A stretch of 64,000 nt of DNA from Blasia pusilla (lineage: Eukaryota): contig CM114271.1 in assembly GCA_050084515.1 (NCBI GenBank), positions 38,068,001-38,132,000 of the forward strand, in the 5' to 3' direction. The notes under the pieces were generated by a model that worked only from the letters and a program-made list of their open reading frames with translations, searched no databases and was not told the origin of the DNA. Both the position numbers and the translations under genes were made by a program. Positions 1 to 11,510 of this stretch are shown piece after piece (within the stretch, counting starts at the first letter, position 1; every line of letters begins with the position of its first letter).

Positions 1-382
1 ACACGAGGACACATCTTCATCCCCCGGCTGGCCATAGAGATGTATGGGGCTATGGGGGAGAGGTTCGACGGGATGCGCCCATCATCTCCACTCGAGAAAT
101 GGGTTGTCCTTAGCTGACAGGCGTGGTCTCCATAGCGTTGCGGCGTGCCAGGCTAATGGGATTTTCTGTGGAGACGCCGGCGCTAGAGGCCCACTTAGTA
201 GTAGTCATAGCTCTCTTGTTGTTTGATATTGTCTCTGCTTTGTTGGTGAGTTTAAATCGTTAGGGGGAATGCCCCTTCTTCCTTTCTGGTCGTGTTGTGG
301 CCTTCAGGTTTTGACTCTTTGAGTCCCCCTCTTTTGTACTTCCGATGGGTTTTCCATCACTCGTTTTTATCGAAGTGCATCT
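1..382 (+). mobile_element. 3' end of an RLE-type (CRE-like) non-LTR retrotransposon, degenerate, with 3' UTR
   Basis: Manual translation gives HIFIPRLAIEMYGAMGERFD and, after frameshifts, VVSIALRRA(Q)ANGI. These match FIPFAMEVSG...CISVALQRAQALAL at the end of ORF 12254-12868. A T-rich UTR follows, and its last 75 nt recur at 49003-49077. Confidence 0.75.
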
Positions 383-1087
383 TCCTCCTGAGTCTGCAGT
401 ATGGGTTCTTCCGGTCAATTATGCTGATTAATTTAATCCATATCATCATAATCCAGCTTATTCCTATGAACGCCATTTTGATGTTAAGCTGTTCTCCGGT
501 CAATTATGTTAATATTATCCATATCATTATGGTATTATAATTTCTCCATTATTATTTTCCAGTTAATTATGGTCTCCTAATTTCTAACATTATTCTCAAC
601 ATCATAAAAATGATAGGAAAAATTAATGTAAGAAAATACCGTTCGGTTAATTTTTGAGCGGTATTTTAAATCAATTTTGAAAAATATTATTTTTCCGGAA
701 GGCGAGTGATTCTATTGGTTGAAATTGTCAAAAGGAGAATAGTTTACAAAATGAATGGGCATTCTCCAATACTAATATAGATGGTAACATAGTTGGTATT
801 TTGAAGTGGCCTTTGAAGTTGGAAATTTTCGTGGGTGTGAAATTATAGGGAAGAAAGAGGTTCTATTTAAATCTTGGGATAAAGGAAAGTGGTCATAAAA
901 GGAAGATTTATTTGATACTCTCCCATAAAGTGGAGGAGTGGGGATATTTGTAGCGAAGAATGGGGTATTCATTAAATGGATTACTACTTCTTCTTCAAGA
1001 AGGAAAATATTTGTTTGTTACAAAGACCAAGAAAATATTTGGGACCCAAGAGTGTAAGAATGGGGTGTTCATTAAGGGTCTAGCATG

Positions 1088-1730
1088 TCATAATAGGATT
1101 TGCAATAAGCCACGCACTCGCTCCTGTATCCGCACGTAAACGTAGGCGAGCTCGATAAACATCATGGAATACTGGAAAAGTTAATTTGGTGCAAATTCTC
1201 GGAGATATGCTCTTGAAGTCGATCAAGTCCTTCCATAACCAATTGACTAAAAGGTGGTAGAATTGCTTGTATAGCGAGAGGAAGAAGAGCTTGGGCAAAT
1301 CCCAATTGTTGTTGAAATAATAGGTCCCCCCTCCTCTACATGGGCGACACGATCCATCAAAATAGGAGTATCTCCTTGGAGAAATCTAAAACCTTGAAGC
1401 CATAATCGCTGCTACCAACACCCAATTCCCCCAAAAAAGTTGTTGGATCACATGCGATTGTAGAATAAAACCCCACCCCTACAAAAAAAAATAGGCAAGA
1501 TAGTTTGTCATGAAGCCAAGACACCATCGTCTCCCTCAAATGCATTCGGGCCAAGAAGTTGACAAAAAGTTTCCAAGATAGAAGTGTCAAAAGAGGCCAA
1601 CCAATATAAGCACGTTGAAATGGGAGGACAAGTGCGAAGAAGATAGGAGGGACATCGTAGAAAATATTTGGAGAGAATCCCATAAGCTACTTGGAGTACC
1701 CCTCCACGAGATAACATATGAAACCATTCT
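1088..1730 (-). mobile_element. Internal fragment of an RLE/CRE-like non-LTR retrotransposon (post-RT region)
   Basis: Colinear nucleotide similarity to ~12950-13590. Peptides YRARLRLRADTGASAWLIANP and ETFCQLLGPNAFEGDDGVLAS correspond to YRARLRSCAGIGAGAWLIANP and ATFGQLLGPNTFEGDDGVFAS. Confidence 0.85.
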
Positions 1731-2985
1731 AATAATATCTATTTGATTTTTCTTTCTAAAACTTGTAATTTTACCAAACTTGGAAAAATCATCTCACTTT
1801 AAGAGGGAAAAAATTCCCACAAAAGTAGTCGGTGAAGTTTTTAAATGTGCATAGGGCATGCTATTATGCATGTACTAGGACAAGAAGGAGACGTAGTTGT
1901 TGGTTGGTGAATCATACATGGATAATTCTCATACCCTCCACTAAGCAAAAAGTATTCCATCCATGAAAGAGATAGAGAAACTATGATGAATCTACCAGCC
2001 ATCAAACAATGCATACCTTAAAAACAAGAGAGGGAACTAACCGTATATAACTCTTGGAATTAAATGATGAAATTGAGAACTCAAATAATTACATTGAGCA
2101 TTCAGAATTGTGCCTCTTTTAATAATGGAGTAAAGCCAATGATGAATAACGAAAAATAAAATTAAAGAAGCACACACGTCAAGGACATACATACTATGTA
2201 AGATTTGAACCGTGCATGATAGGGACATATAGGAAATCATAGCATTGTGGTCAAACCAATATCCAATTCATAGAGTGGGAAAAGAAGCCAAAGGTTGCTC
2301 TCAACAATGTAGTACATGGTTTAGACGAAGAGAAGGAGATTAAATCATTTTTATAACAGCCCTGTTCTTACAAGGCGCCTCATTTCCCTTCCACTCTTGT
2401 AGGACACTCGTCTACTTCAGCTTTAAAAGCTTCTATTCCACTCGTATTTCCCATTGTTGTTGTTGTTTCTTCTTCTTCTTCTTCGAATTCTCCATGGGAA
2501 ACTCATCAAACAGGGAACAGAGGTAACGTTTACCTTCCCACTCAGCCATGGATCTCATCGATGTTAACACTGCAAAATCTACAGTGATAGTGGCTGAAAG
2601 AAGGCAAACAAACTGCAAGATCTCTCACTTGGGTACTGAGAATATGCATAGCAGACTGTAGCAGACAAGCGGGTGATTGAATGAAGGGGCTCAAAAACCA
2701 GTCTTGTCACACCCTCTACCATTCTAACCCATGGCTCAGGTGGTGCACACATTCTGAAAACCTTGAAGCGTCCGAAAGAGTTCCATCAGAGGTTCGTTTC
2801 TGAGGACCACCTTCCATCATGTTCCACTCACTCATTCAGGACAGGTCCAGTAAGCTGCAAATGGCAACATGACAGATGAAACTTAAGTTCATTCATGAGC
2901 TCAACGAAGAAAGAGAGCACCTGCTACACCTACTCGTTAGTCATAGCCAATAGAACTAACTTGAGGGTGGCTACTATCAGCTTAA

Positions 2986-3351
2986 GCTGGATGTGAAAGT
3001 TGCCACCTTTTCTGCTTCCCACATTCTGAATCGTCAACACCTACAACACGACTATAACTTGGGACTGTTCTTTAGATAAGGAATGGCTTCAGCAACACTG
3101 CTGTTTAGTATCTTCTCTGCCACTCACAAACAGATTGAGCTGGATATGAAAGTTACCACCTTTCTGCGTCCAACATTGAACAGCCCTCAACACTCCAACC
3201 CAAAACAAGCAACACTACTCTACCGTTGGGTACCTTCTAAATCGTCAACACACACATTCAGCAGCCCTTAAAACTAAAACACGGCTGTAACTTGGGACTG
3301 TTCTCTAGATAATGTAAGGCTCAAGTAACACTGCTGTTGAGTACCTTCTCT
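2986..3351. repeat. Imperfect tandem duplication downstream of the HK gene
   Basis: The block gctggat(g/a)tgaaagtt(g/a)ccacctttt...aatcgtcaacac...taacttgggactgttct...aacactgctgtt...cttctct occurs at ~2986-3118 and again, with an insertion, at ~3139-3351. Confidence 0.75.
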
Positions 3352-3657
3352 TTTGGCCAGCTCCCACTACTTCAGAGATTGCAAGCTGCAGTGGTACCGC
3401 CTCACCTGCAGAGAAAAAAATAATGTCCAACTTAGTTGGTGAATGAACTTAAAGTGTCATCGGGTATGGAAGATGAAAATAGCATGCACCTTAGGCTAGA
3501 ACTTCAGTCTCATAGGACTCGAGAGTGCAAAATGAAGTCTTGAAAATCTCCACTCTACAAGGCCAGCTTTGTACTTGGTATCTTCTCATTTTGATCTATA
3601 AAGTAGGAAGAAGTGGAATTCGCACATGTAGAAATCTGTAGCTAGTAGAAATGATCG

Positions 3658-6600
3658 TTACCTTCTAGTATCCATGAGTCTTGCGGGTGGCAGGTACTTG
3701 TCAATGACGTCCAGCAACTGGTTGATATCAAATGGCTTTCCAAGATAGCCATCCATACCGCATGACAAGCATGTCTGCTCATACCCGTGAATTGCATGGG
3801 CTGTCAAACCCAGTATCGGCAGTCTTCTCCGTCCCTTCAGCAATTCCTCCTCTCGGATTCTTCTTGTCGCCTCCAATCCATCCATTTGTGGCATCTGACA
3901 TGAACGGGCCCTTATAAGTCTATACACCCAACTGTTTTTCAAACCCAATTGCTTCAAGTTCTTCAAATCCTCGAAAGTGATATGCTTAGTCAGGAGTATA
4001 TTCATCCGTCACTTGCAATTCATTAGTCTGAGTGACCACTCCAAAGAGACGCATCTGATCGTATCTCGACCAAAGCAGAAGTTGCAAAGGAATTGGGGAG
4101 GAAACACTGTGATAGTAGTCAGTGACGATACCTGTACATCCATTAAAATAAGATCAAAGCTATTAGGATTGGCTCGCACAGCCTCCAAGACGTGAAGGCC
4201 ATCTCCAACGACCGTCACTATGTGTCCATACTTCTCTAACTGTCGGCTTGCCACTTTCTGGTTTATAACATTATCTTCAGCGAGAAGAACATGTAACTTC
4301 AGGTCTGTATGAGACTGATGAGTCCTTTCTGAAGAATCATCGCTTCCACGCTGTTTCTGTGAAGTGTATGGTACAGAAGGTTTCTGTCCAGTTTCCCCTG
4401 AACATGAAGGGACAACTGTATCTACAAAGTTGAGGCTGCTGTAGCTTCTTACGTCTACTTTACTTCTATCACTACGTTCAACTGTGAGACTACATTTGAG
4501 AGGAGTTTCTACCCCAAAAAACGGCCGTTGTGCGGTTTGATCCGCAGCGCATTGTTTTAAAGTTGGTTTACTGCATTCCATCGATGGTTGTTGACAACAA
4601 CCCAAGGTCTTGGTTGATGGAGATGACATGGCTACTGAATTGCAACCCTTCAAGCTAGTTTCAGAGTCTGAGCATCGACAATCTCTTGTTACGCTCATTG
4701 AGTCTTTATCAAGGACCCCTTCCTTCCAGCTTGCCAGCATAAGATCCAGGTTTTCAACAGATATCCTTGGCTTCCACGCCATTTCACTAGATGGTAAAGT
4801 TTCGCTATGCGTACGCACTGTCGTGTGTCTGTGGGCATCCAACGAATATTGGCCAATACACTTGTTTGACGCATTCATATTGACAAGAAGTTCTAGACCA
4901 TAGTTGGGAGCGCCTTCGTGACCGACTCCTTTCACGTAACTCGTTGCGGTCGATCCTGCGTCTGCGTAGGCCAATCAAAGCTCGTGCATTATTTCCACTG
5001 GGATTCGTTCTGTATTGAAGAGAACGTCAAAAAATCACATTGCTTTCCTTGAACACAAAGTGCACGCTTCCAAAATTCTCTCCTTCGCAATACCCACCTG
5101 ATAACCCTGCCGATGCCACTTCGTCAGCTGTATCCGGAGACGATTCGCAATTTCGATTACAACATCCACCCAGGCGGCCCTTTGAACTTGAATCCGAATT
5201 CTCTTTGATTTCGCTTGAAAGGCCCAAGGGGACATAGAATGAAAAACAACTCCCCTTGCCCATCTCACTCTCTGCCTGAAGTTTACCACCCAAAAGCTCT
5301 ACAAATCTGGACAGATGGAAAAAAGAAAAAATCGAACTCGTTAGTTTTCAACGTACGTGCAACGAACAATTGCTGTCCATGTTAAACAAAGGTATTCGAA
5401 CGTGAGACAATTTTATGGGAATGATCTGAAAAGCTACAGCCGCCATAATAGCAAGGCTACTTACTTCACCAAAGCTGACATCCCATCCCAACTCACAATG
5501 TGCTCAAACGTACCTTTGCACAATGCAGAGTCCAAGGCCAGTGCCTCCATACAATCGTGAAGTTGATGCATCTGCCTGAGTGAAAGGGGTGAAAATGTCT
5601 TGTAATTTCTCACTGCTGATACCAATGCCTGTGTCACGAACCTCGAAGACAACAGGTACGCAATGCAGAGATCCATCATTTTTGTAGATGGCAACGTTTG
5701 GAGATTTGCGTACATTGGCGATGTCAAGTGAACAACATTTCCAATCCGAAGGTTTTGCGAACACCGATATCACCCTAGCTGGGGAGCTTCGATCATTAGA
5801 GTTTCCAGATGAAGAGCTATCAGAGATCGCCATGTCAGTCGCGACTCTGATCTGATCCTCTGAATCCTTGTACACACTGCACTTAGCAGATTCATAACCC
5901 CCGTCAACTTTCACTTGCACTGTAACCGAGCCTTCATGTGTGAATTTCAGAGCATTACCAACTGCGATAAGACAAGCGAACCATCCATGAGATGCCCCGT
6001 TTTAGAAATGAGGTTTCCTGAACGGGGAAACGGATAAAAGTCTTGACAATCAGTAAGATTCCAAAATAGAACATCTGGCATGAGCGTTTTGATTCTCTCA
6101 AAGTCCAGCAACTGATCTTCTGGTGACGGACGATTGTATCAAAGCTAGCATTGAGCTTAAAACTGTCTGTGTGTCTGGCAGATAAACCCCAGATTACCGC
6201 GTCGAGGGTGCATGAAAGCCACTAACATCCAACCTACGACTGCATCTAGTACTCACAGGCGAAAGCTCAAACCATATCATGTGCTGAAACGCTATAGAGG
6301 GGGAATCTTACTCAGATTGAGAAGACACTGCTGAATCTTGCCAGAATCACCAACCATCCACTCTGGCACAGTCTCATCAACTTCACACACCAACGCCAAA
6401 CTCTTTTCTTTAGCTCGCGTGTGGAGCATTCGTACAGTGGTGGTCACCAAAACACGGACATTGAAAGGCACGAACTCTACTTCAACCCGTCCTGCCTCGA
6501 TCTTTGCTAGATCTAGAATACTGTTGATTATGTGCAGGAGCAAATTTGCACACTCTGTCACTGACTGCAGACTGTCTCTTTGATCCACACTCAGGTCTGA

Positions 6601-9241
6601 GTCAAGTAGTAGGGCTGTCATTCCCATAATCCCATGAATGGGTGTCCTGGCGCCATTAAAAATAAGACACCGGTTAGATTGGCACTCAAAAGAGAGAACT
6701 GATCATTATCTCCCAAGATCTTGTTTCCTGACGGACCAAGCAGATAGGATAAGAGTGATATAAACCTGTGGCGTAAAATGGAATGAAGCAGCTCGTTTTT
6801 CGACATATATAATGATAGAAGTTGCAGTGATCGTAAAGCTGAAACATCTGCAAGTTAGGCACACCAAGTACACGGTTCATGGCGACGCCTAAAAGCTATT
6901 ACATATTTCCTGTCCGTCCGTCTTCATGGGTTCTTGTGAAAGACCAAGATAATCTGGGCCACTCCTGCAATGATACACCCTGTTCACCATTCGGAAATGA
7001 AATCCTGATGCCAACTCATCAAGAAGGCTGTCGACTTCTGAAATACAACTCCAGAAGTTACCCAAAATTGGGAAAGGAAGACCTGTCATTCTCCATTCAC
7101 AGAAAGAGAATACGGCCCCGAATGGAGCTTGTCCTCATACTTATAGCTTCTCAAACGAGTGCATCTCGTCCAAATTGTTGCACTATACGACAATCCGAAT
7201 TGTTATTGAGCACTTCTATTGATGCTCAGTAGATGCAAACTTGTAGTTGATTTAGGAGTGTCTTAATAGAACTGAATACCACACTTCTAGAAACAGGCTT
7301 GAATGACCCAATTCCAAACTTCAATACACGCATATGGGCACCGAAAACAGATGTCCTAGATCCCTATAGGTCTACCGAGAAACGACGGTGAACCCAAATG
7401 GTCTTCCAGCGTACATAAACGAAGTAGGGAGGATTTTTCAAGGATGAATGAGATTCAACAATCTGAAGCGATGTAGTCGTCCATAAAGTTAAGTTCTGCG
7501 GAAAAGGCAAGTACGATTCGCAAATTGAGTGCAAGTGTTCCTTACAAATACTTACATTACTCGAGTAGCACAGGAAGACATACATCTTGTGAGCATGAAG
7601 ATAGATGTCCATTTCGCTATCTACAGCATCTTCACTATGCCTTTCCCCACAAGAAAAAGATTGAATGGAAACTTTTCACAGCCACATTCACTCGACCACT
7701 ACAAGCATGGCTAATCAAAGATTCCAACAAGAACCAGCAGGTAGAGAAGCCACTGTATTTCGTGTCTCATTTTGGCACGAGAAGCATGCTCTGCACCCCT
7801 ACAACCATGGCCAATCGGATTTTGCAACCAGAAGCAGTTGATAGAGAACGCACCGTATTTCATGACTCATGTTGGCAAGGAAATCAGACTTGGCTTGACT
7901 GGCTTCCTCCGCCTTCCTCTGCGACTCTTTGAGATCTTCATTTGCCTTCACGAGTTCTTGAGTCCTTTGGCTCACCGTGTTCTCAAGTTCCTCATTCATG
8001 TTATGCAAGTCCCTCGCCAACTGCTTTTTTTCTCGAACTGCTGCAGCGAGAAGAATCCCGACCAACCCCAGAACCGATGTAAATAGTTCAATCTGGAGGA
8101 TAAGTTTGGGAGAAGATACCGGTGTTGGACTCCCTGCCATTCTGTAGAGCGCACCTTTACCTCTCACGCTGGACCACGCGCAGACGTAAGAGATAGTGAA
8201 GACCACAAGAGCACAGCCCAGGCGATTGAAGCGAAACGCGCTCAGGATTATGATGGGGAAGAGAAGGTAAGGGAGAGGGTGGATTATAGTCTGGAGATTA
8301 GAGATGAAAATTATGATGACAAGACCTACAGTGACGACTGTCAGTGAGAACGCTTCTACAAGCTTGCGGGGACGAAGCAGAGAAGGCCGTGGCTTCCAAG
8401 CCAAAAAATGAGTTGCAGCCGGGGAGATGGTCAGAATGCCAGACAACACTCCCAACCAATTGGTACCCCAATAGAGATAGTAATCAGGCCACAGTACCAA
8501 GGAACTGGAACAGAACACCAGGGTAATCAAGGTGTCGAAAACCAAAGTACAAATCAGGACTATGACAAGGTACTGTATTGCTTCTTTTATGGATTCAATG
8601 GTGGGTATTTTTCTCCCATTTTCTCGACATAAGGCTTTGTGCAGAAAATGACTCTCTGTGAAAACTTCCGCTGTTCCCAGAAAAGAAGCGGCGAAGATTA
8701 CTACACCCCGGGTCGTTGAAATTAGATAATGTGCTCGTGCAGCTGCATAGATGCGCGACGTAAAGAATCCGGCAAAAACACCTAGGATTGTCGAATTTTT
8801 CCACTTGCAACCGATTGATAACCCGATTGCCTGAGGTAGGTGGATGGGGAACAGGACAGTCTTCCCCAAAGATTGACGCAGCACTTCCACAGAGCTTTCG
8901 TATGTGAGGATGCCGGTGATGAGGGTCACGACCATCACCAAACCATTGAGAAAGAGAAAGTTACACCATTCCTGAACGTCTTTTGGCCTCTTCCTGAGGA
9001 TCCTCCTCCACGAATTCAAGGCCCTGTCCCACAACGCCACGCTCATCCAACGGCTGCAACGACCCATGCGCGGCCGAATTCGTCTGCGTTGACTGGTCAG
9101 TAGATTCATGTCCACGCAGCTGGTGATTTGACTGCTGCTCCGGCCTCTTAACATTTCGCTCCACATATTCTCGTCTGTTTTAGAACCACTGTTAGTGTTA
9201 TCGTACAGCAGCTCTAGCTCCGAACAATTATCCCGCACCAT
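3658..9241 (-). CDS. Hybrid sensor histidine kinase: MASE1-like multi-TM sensor, coiled coil, HisKA, HATPase_c, receiver (~1148 aa)
   Basis: Exons with GT-AG introns and consistent phase: 9241-7854, 6646-6312, 5961-5514, 5306-5098, 4961-4132, 3894-3658 (3447 nt). Motifs: H-box [23 protein letters not shown]-box LLNLIGNALKFT; G1 VRDTGIGI; F-box [10 protein letters not shown]2 YGGTGLGL; receiver [11 protein letters not shown]...LILMDVQMPQMDG...LTAHA...GYLGKPF. The N-terminus is hydrophobic, with [31 protein letters not shown] and LQIELF...LLAAAVREK. The start ATG and the acceptor at 4961 are the least certain parts. Confidence 0.93.
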
Positions 9242-9299
9242 CTCCCCGGACCACCACAACCATCGCCCTTCTGTCCAAAGATGTAATCTACGCGGGATT

Positions 9300-9529
9300 C
9301 ATGATGTGCCTTGCTTTGCCTGCAGCAGAATCCGTCACCCTGGCACTTCTACCCGTGGACGACGTCCATCGCCCAATGAAATCCACCAAGGATCCTTTGC
9401 CCTGTCCTTTCTCACCCTTCTCAATTCTTTTTCTTTGCTGAACTCTTTCGCCTCCCTTCTCGGACGCCAATCAGCCTGAATATGCATCGACCTTTCGTGA
9501 ATTCAACGCCCTCCACAGCCTCCTCCTCC

Positions 9530-9567
<38 letters not shown>

Positions 9568-9862
9568 CTCTCTCAACTGTTGCACAATTTGCGAATCAAT
9601 TCGGGCCCCCGTGGACAATAAATCACTTCATTCATTCATTCGTGCGTGCATGCATACATTAATCGATTTCCAGCGCCTGAACATGAGGCGCTGGAAATCG
9701 ACAACTGACGGCGATGAAAACGATGGCGAATCATACGGAGCCACGGGCGTCGCAGTCGCAGTCCGCCCAGTCTCTTAAGGCGATCCGGACTACTTCCATG
9801 TTCTCGGTTGGAAACCACGCACGAGGGCGGGGGTTTCTCGCGGACCGGATCAGCCCCCCGCG

Positions 9863-9893
<31 letters not shown>

Positions 9894-11510
9894 AACAAAC
9901 AAAAAGACAACAAGCGAGTGATTTCCCCGCGAAATCACGCGATCTGGAATTGGCCAGCAGATCGGAATTCGGTCCTGCGAGTACCCCCTCCCCTGTCAGC
10001 AATTGGCATCGCCGTCCCGTCGCACAAGCGCACAATTCATCCCCGCGACCAGCAACACCAACGCCTTCAATCGCAAACCCGAAAGTCTGTCCCACCGGAA
10101 ACCCATCTCCTAGCGAGCTCCCGCAATGCGAATCCTTTCTCTCCCATGGTCTCATCGGGTCCCCATGGACGACGACAATAATATCCGCAAATCCCTCCGT
10201 CCCCCAATATTATCACTACCGTCCCAGTGCGAGCGCGCCACGCTCCACGTAGCCAGCGAACAATCCGTACAGCTCCGCTGAAGCCTTCCGGTGATCCGAC
10301 GCACAGGCAGAACAGAGTGAGTGAGCGGAACTGCGAGAGAACAGAACACAAAGTGGAGGAAACCGCGACGCAGCAGTTCGACGGACGACCAAGAGGTGGT
10401 AGCAACGACGGGCGAGCACGCGCCAGCGCACCACGCGAGAGAGAGAGAGAGAGATGTTTATGTGAGGGATGGCCCGGGATTCCCCTCAGGTGACGCGGTG
10501 GAATTTGGAAGCGAGTGGCGAATCGGGCAGCGACCGTAGCGCGCTGCAATGAATGAATCCCACGAGCATCGAGTAGTGAGTAGTGGCGAGGCGATGCGAT
10601 GCGATGCGATGCGAGGGCATGGGAATCGGCAGAGAATTGTAGCGCTGAGTGTCTTTGGACGCTGAGATCAGATGGGCAGAATTCGACGGAGAGAGTGCGG
10701 CCGATGAATGAACGACTGACCGACTTCCATCACGATGCTCGAGCCACGGCACAATAGCTCGCACCGCCACGTGTTACAACGCCGGTGCTACGCGTGTGCA
10801 TCCAACATGAACAGCGCGAGGTGGATCCGGAGCAGGAACACCACCACCTCGGCCCTCGTCTCCGATCCTCTCCCTCCACTTGAGTCGTCCCTCCCCCCAG
10901 CGACCAGTTCGTTGTCCTCCGCTGCTCCCCGATTTTACCACACACGATGGTAGATAAATAAATAAACAAATACAGAAATCCCGTCCCATACCTCACCGCC
11001 GTCCCTATGCTCTCGGGAGTCGGTCCCCGCCTCCCCCAACTTGCAACAAAACGAAAGAGCAATTCCAACTCCGTCGGCTCCGGCAGAGCTCCCAGTTTCC
11101 ACTTCCTCACACCCTCTTCCGTCCGCCACCCGGGAAGGGCGCGCGCAGCCAGCCAGCTGGCCCCGAACACTGTGAATTGCGCTCACTTGACGCGCGGAAG
11201 GCCGCGTAGCTTGTCCTCGAATCACCCGCAGCACAGTCGAAAACTTGGTCTGAACAAGGGCTCAATCGGCGCATGCGGGTTTCAAGTTGCCAACAGTCGG
11301 TACCTTCCGTGGGAATATCCTCCGCCTCTCTATTGGCCTGTCACTGTACATTCCTCGCAAACGTCTCTTGTACTGAAGACCTCTCGCCCTCCGAATCTTT
11401 TCTTTCCCAGATCCAAGGAAATTCAGCGCACCTCCCCCAACCTCGCTTTTCTAGTTGCCCCGACACGGTCGGGAAAAACCGAGCGTTTCTGAGTTCTGAC
11501 TGCCCGGGCA
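9300..11510 (-). promoter_or_regulatory. GC/CpG-rich 5' UTR and promoter island of the HK gene
   Basis: CpG-rich, with GA/CT tracts (~9534-9573, 9863-9890, 10436-10453), (GCGAT)n at ~10590-10612 and a CACGTG G-box at 10768-10773. It changes abruptly to AT-rich DNA after ~11510. Confidence 0.55.

Noticed and set aside
3658-9241. Bacterial contamination as the source of the MASE1 kinase
   Set aside because: It has five spliceosomal GT-AG introns and plant TE flanks.
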